DNA of 64,000 bases, taken from IMG/VR virus record IMGVR_UViG_3300025357_000908, positions 58,737-122,736 of that record; one strand, 5' to 3'. How positions within the stretch are numbered: position 1 is the first letter of the stretch; each line of letters starts with the position of its first letter. This DNA is from a virus (Duplodnaviria; Caudoviricetes). The position numbers and the translations under genes are program-made. Shown piece by piece: positions 49,236 to 57,100 of the stretch. Under the pieces are notes generated by a model. It saw nothing but the letters and a program-made list of their open reading frames with translations, was not told where the DNA came from and did not search any database.

Positions 49236-50381
49236 TTACTTACGGAAGTGTTTGTTATTGATAATATAGTATTCTTTAATAACGTTTTTTTCGGTTGCAA
49301 GACCATTACTACCAGCCCATGGGTGGGCGTTAGCATCATTAGCTTTTGGGTTATTAACAGGCATATCGCCTTTAGGGTTGTTATTAGGTGCACCCGAACC
49401 AGGGCCCTGGTTCGTAGCGCCTGGTGCATTTGTGCCAGGAGCTTGATCAGGCTTCACACCTAATTGAGTTAATCTTGCTTGAATAGTCTTTAAAACGCTT
49501 TTAGCATCTCGCGCGTTTAATGCTTTTACTGCTGCAGTAATCTGACCTGTTGTAATTTTACCTGGAGTTGCTGGAGCTGGATTACCACCACCTTGTTGAG
49601 GTGGTGTAGTAGCTGCTGGAGCTGGCGGTGTAGTAGCTGCTGGAGCTGGATTACCACCACCTTGTTGAGGCGGAGTATTAGCTGCTGGAGCTGGATTACC
49701 ACCACCTTGTTGAGGTGGAGTGTTAGCATCTGGTTGCTGGTAGTTTGGATGATTACCATAAATGGCAGATGTTTCATTACCGCCTTGTTGGTTCATATAA
49801 GGAGCTGTATTACGAGCATTATTGTATGCACCTTGAGCACCGCCAACTAAACCACCTGCAAGCCCGCCTACTGCCCCACCAACTGTTTGACCTACATACT
49901 TGCCTGTAGCAGCTGCCCCTTTAGCGATTGCACCTGGAGCAGCTTTTAAACCATTACCAATAGCTGTAGCGGCTTTGCCTGCGTACTTTTTAATACCTTG
50001 ACCTAACTTACTCATAAACCCCTGCTTTTGTGGAGCAGGAGCAGCTTCATTTAAACTTTTACCACTAATAAAATTTTCAAACATTACGCAATATTCTTCG
50101 TCTTGTGTTTTGTCGTAATGTGCTAATACTTTTTCAAGAGCTAAAATTGCGAGTCTAAGTTCTTGGTCTTCGAACTTAACACTCTCTTGTATCATTGATA
50201 CACCGCGTTCACGAGCTCTAATTGCGTGCTCAAACGACACTAATACGCTGTGTTCATCTGTTCTTGATAGAGCAGAAAAACACTCTACTAATTCAGCAGG
50301 AGAAACATTTTCAATTAATTGTTCTGCAGTTGGGTTGAGAACCTCGTTATATTTTTCAGCTAAAAGCTTTACGTTTGGCAT
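49236..50381 (-). CDS. Low-complexity protein, possible prohead core/internal protein
   Basis: N-terminal KLLAEKY, several (I/L/F)xE sites, glycine-zipper segment, P/Q/G/A repeats. Confidence 0.7.
   Translation of the reverse strand: MPNVKLLAEKYNEVLNPTAEQLIENVSPAELVECFSALSRTDEHSVLVSFEHAIRARERGVSMIQESVKFEDQELRLAILALEKVLAHYDKTQDEEYCVMFENFISGKSLNEAAPAPQKQGFMSKLGQGIKKYAGKAATAIGNGLKAAPGAIAKGAAATGKYVGQTVGGAVGGLAGGLVGGAQGAYNNARNTAPYMNQQGGNETSAIYGNHPNYQQPDANTPPQQGGGNPAPAANTPPQQGGGNPAPAATTPPAPAATTPPQQGGGNPAPATPGKITTGQITAAVKALNARDAKSVLKTIQARLTQLGVKPDQAPGTNAPGATNQGPGSGAPNNNPKGDMPVNNPKANDANAHPWAGSNGLATEKNVIKEYYIINNKHFRK
49570..49730 (-). repeat. Three copies of a ~32-bp coding repeat (PPQQGGGNPAPA)
   Basis: GCTGGAGCTGGATTACCACCACCTTGTTGAGG at ~49570, 49639 and 49684. 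Confidence 0.9.
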
Positions 50382-50389
50382 AATGTATC

Positions 50390-51451
50390 TTAATACTTAC
50401 GCAAATAGAAGGTATTTCTCTGTGGATCAAATCCAATCTCTATATTACTTGTACTAAGTTTGCGAGGTTGTCCGGACTTAATTTTGTTTATATCCAATCC
50501 ATAACGCATAATAATTTCTTGTGCTTTATCATGTGTGATAGGGCCTGCACCAAATTCCTTCTTTTTAAGATTGTGTACGGGTACTGTATCTTCTTTCTTT
50601 TTCTTGTGCATTTGTGCTACCATACCAATACTCTTAATCTTATCTGAACCAAGATTGCCTAATTTATTCATACCGGCACCAAGTTGCTGATGACGAGGTC
50701 CGCGTTTATTGGTGATTCCCATAAACGACTTAAAATTCATTTCTTGCAAACGTTGTATACTATCTAATGAAAGTTTTTTATCTTTCTTTGCAAGTATGCC
50801 TTGCACAAGTCTTTCTACGTCTCCTGATCTACGTAATTCTTTAAAAGCAAGATTTTCAGGTGAAAACTCTCCACCTTTATCTAAACCAGCTTTTCTGAGT
50901 TCCATGAATTTGTCTTTAGCTTTTTCAGCGCATTCTACATCGCATTCATCACTTAAAGCAAATTTAATCATATCTAACATTGCTTGTTTCTTTTTACCAA
51001 CAAGTGAAAGATCTATTTCTGCTTTTTCTTTAGTAGCATTTGGTTTCTTTAACCAATCATCGTTTTTGAGAGAATAAACACCTGTTGAATGGTGTGGTTC
51101 ATTTATATCTTGTATATAAACCTCTACATCGTAACCTTTTATAGTAATATCACGTGTTGTGTTCCAAACTGTTTTTTTAGCATTAAAATAGTCTTTAAGT
51201 AGTTCAGTATCAACTTTATACTCAGTTAAATCTGTAATTACATGTAAGTCGAAATCACTATACTTTGTGTAATTATAGTTTGCTAATGAACCAGTTAGAG
51301 TAATATCTTCAACATCAACTGTAATGTCAATTGTATCTAAAAATGCTTGAGCAATTTCCAGAAGCTTATCTTTAATTTCTGGCTTTAGCTTGCCGTTTTC
51401 CCACAATTGCGGGTTAAGCTCGTTATGAAACTCAAACGTTAGGTTCTCCAT
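50390..51451 (-). CDS. Pol-beta superfamily nucleotidyltransferase
   Basis: LTGSLANYNY..YSDFDLH (hGS..DxD) with third acidic residue in DVEVY. Confidence 0.8.
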   Translation of the reverse strand: MENLTFEFHNELNPQLWENGKLKPEIKDKLLEIAQAFLDTIDITVDVEDITLTGSLANYNYTKYSDFDLHVITDLTEYKVDTELLKDYFNAKKTVWNTTRDITIKGYDVEVYIQDINEPHHSTGVYSLKNDDWLKKPNATKEKAEIDLSLVGKKKQAMLDMIKFALSDECDVECAEKAKDKFMELRKAGLDKGGEFSPENLAFKELRRSGDVERLVQGILAKKDKKLSLDSIQRLQEMNFKSFMGITNKRGPRHQQLGAGMNKLGNLGSDKIKSIGMVAQMHKKKKEDTVPVHNLKKKEFGAGPITHDKAQEIIMRYGLDINKIKSGQPRKLSTSNIEIGFDPQRNTFYLRKY

Positions 51452-51467
51452 GTAAGTTATTACTTAC

Positions 51468-51971
51468 TTAAAACCTATAACTTAGCCTTGTAAAAAAGTC
51501 TCCAATAAAGTACAAAGCTTCATGTATACGTCTACGTACCCAACGTACAGGTTTAGTATAAAAGAAATACTTATTAATCCAACGGCTTCTTTCATACAGC
51601 ATTTCTGCTTTTACTTGATTCCATTTTTCAATACGTTCAGTATTGTCTACCTTCTCAAACTTAGACACTTCAATTATATCGATTTGCCCTTTGGTAAATG
51701 TTGCAGTAAACTCTACCCAGCAATCATTATTACCTATTTTCTCATTCGGAACATATTCATAAAAGCTAAGCTTACCGTGGTAATTTTGATCTTCCCAATT
51801 CTTTTCGGAAACTTGCAACAATAGTCTACCGTTTTCGATCTTGTAGTTAGCTAAACACTCTATTAAGCCTTTAGCCTGGAATGACGTACAATTATTAGGC
51901 AATCCTTCTTCCCACATTTCGTCGGTCCAAGGCAATTTATCTTTTACTGTTATTGTATCGAACATTCCCAT
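51468..51971 (-). CDS. Hypothetical phage protein
   Basis: MGMFDTI...FQAK...Y.I..G.L pattern. Confidence 0.65.
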   Translation of the reverse strand: MGMFDTITVKDKLPWTDEMWEEGLPNNCTSFQAKGLIECLANYKIENGRLLLQVSEKNWEDQNYHGKLSFYEYVPNEKIGNNDCWVEFTATFTKGQIDIIEVSKFEKVDNTERIEKWNQVKAEMLYERSRWINKYFFYTKPVRWVRRRIHEALYFIGDFFTRLSYRF

Positions 51972-52024
51972 AAAACTAATATAGTGTAATTTTGCTGATA
52001 ATCCATAAGTATTTAGTCTATAGT

Positions 52025-52414
52025 ATGCCTAACGAACTTAAACTGTTATCAGAGAAGTACACTCAAATTTTCAAAGAATATGATGCTTCGTGGGCAACTG
52101 GTGGTATGGGCGGCACTGCTTATGCAGGTAGCGAACAGATGGCAGAAGATGAAGAGAGTGTATTAGACCCACTACAGCCAAGTACAGCTTTAAGTTCTCA
52201 GCTTGTCGGTCTATTTGATCCAGTTACTTCTGATGAAAAGAAACAAACCGATGAGGCTTTAAAAGAACTTGAGACTGTTTTAAATAAAATCGCGAAAGAT
52301 ATAGAAAGCTGGCAACACAAATACACAAAGCTCGGCGCCACTGATACTGTTTCAAGAGAACAGTTGTTTCAATATATAGCTAAATCGGTTTTAGGTTTAA
52401 AGAAACTCGATTAA
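52025..52414 (+). CDS. Hypothetical protein, possible internal head protein
   Basis: ATG at 52025 lies 13 nt after TAAGTA; N-terminal MPNELKLLSEKY. Confidence 0.65.
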   Translation: MPNELKLLSEKYTQIFKEYDASWATGGMGGTAYAGSEQMAEDEESVLDPLQPSTALSSQLVGLFDPVTSDEKKQTDEALKELETVLNKIAKDIESWQHKYTKLGATDTVSREQLFQYIAKSVLGLKKLD

Positions 52415-52415
52415 T

Positions 52416-54059
52416 ATGTTTTCGTTTAAACAATTTTTTCTTTTAAATGAAGGTGGTGCTGGTGGGCACATGCTACACCCTCTCAATTTGCCTGAAATTA
52501 AAACCGGTAAAGAGCTTTTAGAGTTATATGAAAAGTCAGCTTATTATCTTGCACTAAAAGGTGCTCCGGTTAAAATTGATGGTACTAACGTTAGTGTACG
52601 GTTAGTAGATACCGAACATGGTAAAGAGTTTGCTATTTATAGAGGTGCTAAAATAGACATGGAAGGGCCTCCTGCTACGTTAGCTTACTTAAACACTCGT
52701 TTTGCAGAGAACCCAGGTGCAATTAAATCATACGAACAGGTATTAAATATTTTTAACAAAGCTTTACCACAGACAACAAGAGAGTTAAAAGAGTTAGGTT
52801 TGTATAATGATCCAAATATTTTCTTTAACACCGAATTTGTAGCTGGTACTTCTAATATAATAGGGTACAATAATAAATTTTTAGCTATTCATTACCCCGC
52901 TAAAATTACAGAAAAGTTTAGTACTAAAAAGGGTACAAAGAGTTATGGTAGCGAGCATTTGCCTTTTAATACTGATGTTTTAAACGCGTATGTTAAAAAA
53001 GTAAATGCAGTAGCACAAGAATTTGATTTTAATGTTATACATCAGTCATTAGCTAAAATGACTGGTAAGCCTGATTTTAATGCAACATTAAAATCAGAGT
53101 TAACCATTAATGGTAAAACTAAAACTTTAAAACAATGGTTAAGTACAGCTGTTAACCCGGTTAACAAAGTAATTAAAAAATTAGGTGGCGCTAAACCGGT
53201 AGCTGGTATCAACCAAGCTCTGTATTTAGATATAGTACAAAATGGTGTTGATATTAATAGTATAGTTGCTCCAGAGAGTTTACCGGTAGCTACAAACTGT
53301 ATTGTATTTTGGCATGCAACAAGATTACTTGGTAAAGCAATACTCGATGCAATGGACTCAGATTTAGGTAAGCCTTCTCAACAAGAAGGTGTTGTTATAA
53401 ATAACCCAGCTGTATCAGCTTATCAATTTAAAATAACGGGCGATTTCTTTGTAAGAAACGCTGAAGCAAGTCCTTACAGAAAAGAACCTGTAGGTCCTGT
53501 TAAAACAGCTGTCATAACTTATGGTAGATTCAATCCACCTACAGTTGGGCATCAATCTTTACTACAAACACTTTCTCAAACGGGTATACAAAATAAAGCT
53601 CAATTAATAGCATTATTCCCTACACATACAGTTAATAAAGATAATCCTTTACCTTTTGATCTTAAAGCTCAGGTACTACAAGCTATATCCCCTAAGAATG
53701 TTCAAGTATTATCAGAAGGTAGAACTTTATTTGCTGTACTTAATTTCTTAAGTAAAAACGGATATAACAGGGTTATTCATATAGCTGGTTCAGATCGTTT
53801 ACCCGAATACGAACGTTTAATTAAACAATACGTAAACAAGCCAGATGCACATGGGGATATTGCATATAATATACCTGATTACACGTTTGTAAGCTCTGGT
53901 GATAGAGATCCAGATGCTGAAGGTGTTACTGGTATGAGTGCCTCTAAAGTAAGAGCTGCAGCTCGTGCTAATGATTATAAGTCTTTTAGTGCTGGTATAG
54001 CTCAAGGCTTACCTGAACAACTAAAACAATTAGTATTTAATACTATTAAAAATAGTTAA
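52416..54059 (+). CDS. Fusion of an ATP-dependent ligase-like NTase domain and a HIGH-family cytidylyltransferase-like domain
   Basis: N-terminal VKIDGTN, NTEFV, QEGVVI, FKITG; C-terminal YGRFNPPTVGH, AGSDR, MSASKVR. Confidence 0.72.
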   Translation: MFSFKQFFLLNEGGAGGHMLHPLNLPEIKTGKELLELYEKSAYYLALKGAPVKIDGTNVSVRLVDTEHGKEFAIYRGAKIDMEGPPATLAYLNTRFAENPGAIKSYEQVLNIFNKALPQTTRELKELGLYNDPNIFFNTEFVAGTSNIIGYNNKFLAIHYPAKITEKFSTKKGTKSYGSEHLPFNTDVLNAYVKKVNAVAQEFDFNVIHQSLAKMTGKPDFNATLKSELTINGKTKTLKQWLSTAVNPVNKVIKKLGGAKPVAGINQALYLDIVQNGVDINSIVAPESLPVATNCIVFWHATRLLGKAILDAMDSDLGKPSQQEGVVINNPAVSAYQFKITGDFFVRNAEASPYRKEPVGPVKTAVITYGRFNPPTVGHQSLLQTLSQTGIQNKAQLIALFPTHTVNKDNPLPFDLKAQVLQAISPKNVQVLSEGRTLFAVLNFLSKNGYNRVIHIAGSDRLPEYERLIKQYVNKPDAHGDIAYNIPDYTFVSSGDRDPDAEGVTGMSASKVRAAARANDYKSFSAGIAQGLPEQLKQLVFNTIKNS

Positions 54060-54082
54060 GTTTTATTTTTTAGTTTAAACAT

Positions 54083-54117
54083 AAAAAAAGCGCACCGGAG
54101 TGCGCTTTTGTTTTTTT
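54083..54117. terminator. Bidirectional terminator
   Basis: A7-GCGCAC-CGGA-GTGCGC-T-rich between convergent genes. Confidence 0.9.
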
Positions 54118-54133
54118 ATAATGTTTGTATATT

Positions 54134-57100
54134 TTACTTGAATGTTGCGAGCGAGCCCATTACTACATATGTACTTGATCCCGTCTTTAACACCGTAAAC
54201 GTATATACGTCAACACTGTTTGCATTACCTGAGCTTGGCGCAGAACCACCCTGCCATTTTACTGTTTGGTTAGTACCGTCAACTTGGAAACCAGTTACAT
54301 AGTAGCCAACACCACCGTTTGTTTGCATATATGCTACGGTAATTGCTTGACCTGTAGACAATGTGCTATTTAATGCAGTACTGCTGTTACCACGTACGTT
54401 TATTGTAAGGTTACTTGTTGAAGCAGCCGAATTGTATATAACACTATCTGATAATACGTCGTAGGTATATGTTGCACCTGCTGCAGTACCAACAATAGTA
54501 GTTGGTTCATATTCTGTTTGTATAGTTACTATACCATTGAATGTAGCATTGTTAAACGTTACATTGCTTGTAGTATTGAGTGTTTGATTAGCACCTGGAC
54601 CAGAGTAACCAGAGATACCAGAGTATCCTGAAATACCAGACCAGCCACTATAACCAGATATACCAGACCAGCCTGAGATACCGCTATAACCGCTAATACC
54701 AGACCAACCGCTAATACCAGACCAACCAGAGTAACCAGAAATACCAGAGTAGCCTGAAATACCACTGAAGCCTGATTGACCGGAATAACCGCTATAACCT
54801 GAAATACCGCTATAACCAGATATACCGGAGTAGCCTGAAATACCAGACCAGCCAGATATACCAGAGTAGCCTGAAATACCGCTGTAACCGCTAATACCAG
54901 ACCAACCAGAGTAGCCTGAGATACCGCTGTAACCGCTGATACCGCTAAAGCCTGATTGACCAGAATAGCCAGAGTATCCGGAAATACCAGAGTAGCCTGA
55001 AATACCGCTGTAACCGCTAATACCAGACCAACCCGATATACCACTGTAACCGCTTATACCAGAGTAGCCAGAGATACCAGAGAAACCTGAAGTACCAGTA
55101 GCACCACGATATATACCAGTTGAAATAAAGCTGTAGTGGTCTGTACCACCATAATAGAATTCAACTGTTACACCGTCTGTATCGGTTGTTTGAGCTTGTA
55201 CTCTATAAACTAATCTATCAGTTATATCAAGAGCTATCGGTGTAGTAATTGTGTACTGTGTAATGCTTAGCGCTGGGTTAGCAGTATCTGTATTAACAAG
55301 CGGATCACTAATAACATTAAATAATAATGTTTCAGTACCACCTGGGTATGATCTCTTATATATAGAGTGCTTTAAGGTTGTTGTAGTTGTTGATGGGTTA
55401 GTACCTGTTAATGCATAGTATGCATTGAACTGCCATGTACCTTTACCGAGTTCAATTTCACCTGGATCACTGATTGGTGTTACAACTTGACCTAATGTTA
55501 TTAAACCATCTGAAGCACTTAATGTATAAGCTGTAAACGTTTGTGCTGTAGATTGAGGTACTTCGCTTAATATACCGTATTGTATGCTGAATTCAGAAGC
55601 TGAAGTTGTTGGGTAATATGTTATACCAACTGCAGGGAAGCCTGAGAAACCAGATACACCTGAACCGCTAAAGCCAGAGATACCAGAGTAGCCAGATATA
55701 CCAGAGTAGCCTGAAATACCGGAGTAACCAGAAATACCAGACCAGCCACTATAGCCGCTTATACCGGAGTAACCAGATATACCGGAGTATCCTGAAATAC
55801 CAGACCAACCAGAGTAACCTGAAATACCGGAGTAACCAGAAATACCAGACCAGCCAGATATACCAGAGTAGCCAGATATACCAGAGTAGCCTGAAATACC
55901 GGAGTAACCAGAAATACCAGACCAGCCACTATAGCCGCTTATACCGGAGTAACCAGATATACCGGAGTATCCTGAAATACCAGACCAACCAGAGTAACCT
56001 GAAATACCAGACCAGCCAGAAATACCAGAGTAACCTGAAATACCAGACCAGCCAGAAATACCAGAGTAACCTGAGATACCACTATAACCTGAGATACCAC
56101 TATAACCTGAAATACCAGACCAACCAGAGTAACCAGATATACCAGAGTAGCCAGAAATACCAGAGTAACCTGAAATACCAGACCAGCCAGAGTAACCGCT
56201 ATAACCAGACCAGCCGCTAATACCGCTATAACCGGACCAGCCAGAGTAACCAGAGATACCAGAGTAACCACTTACACCACTGTAACCAGAGTAGCCTGAA
56301 ATACCAGACCAACCAGAAATACCTGATGTACCGGAATAACCAGAGAAGCCGCTTAAACCAGAATAACCTGAGTAACCGCTAATACCAGAATCTCCTGAAT
56401 AACCAGAGAAACCAGAAGCACCATCTGTACCAGCAAAGCCGGAAACACCTGGGTCACCTTGAGGACCGCTATAACCAGACATACCAGATGTACCGGAATA
56501 GCCTGAATAACCGCTATAACCTGAAGATGAAGCTGCACCATTTCTACCCGAGAAACCAGAATAACCAGAATAACCTTGAAGGTTACCACCGCTCATTGAT
56601 ATAATACCAGTTACTGCAAAATTACCATTAAATACAACTGTATTATCAAATTGCTGAATCAAGCTATTACCAAGTGTTTGGTTGCTTGTCCACATTGCAA
56701 TATAACCTGATGTGCCGTTGTTTGTTGCGCCAATTTGTGTTGCTGGATATTCAACTACAACACCTGTTGTAGTACCTGTAGCAATTAACATTGGTTTAAT
56801 AAACGAACCACTTGCTGTAGGGGCTGTTGTTGTTAATTGACCGGCAACTGTATCAGAAAGGTAATAGCCGTAACCGTCAGATAAACCAGAAAGATTGCTA
56901 ATTTGACCGTTGTATACAATAGTAAATGTAGCACCATCTGAAGATTTAATAATACCGATTGCATCAACAGTATTAATACTATCAGCTTTAGCTAATGCAT
57001 AGCCACCATCTGTCTTGTATATTACTTGACCAGGTGTAAAGCTGTTTGAATATGTAATTCTTAGTTCTGTTGTAGCACTATCACCAGAGTAACCAGAAAT

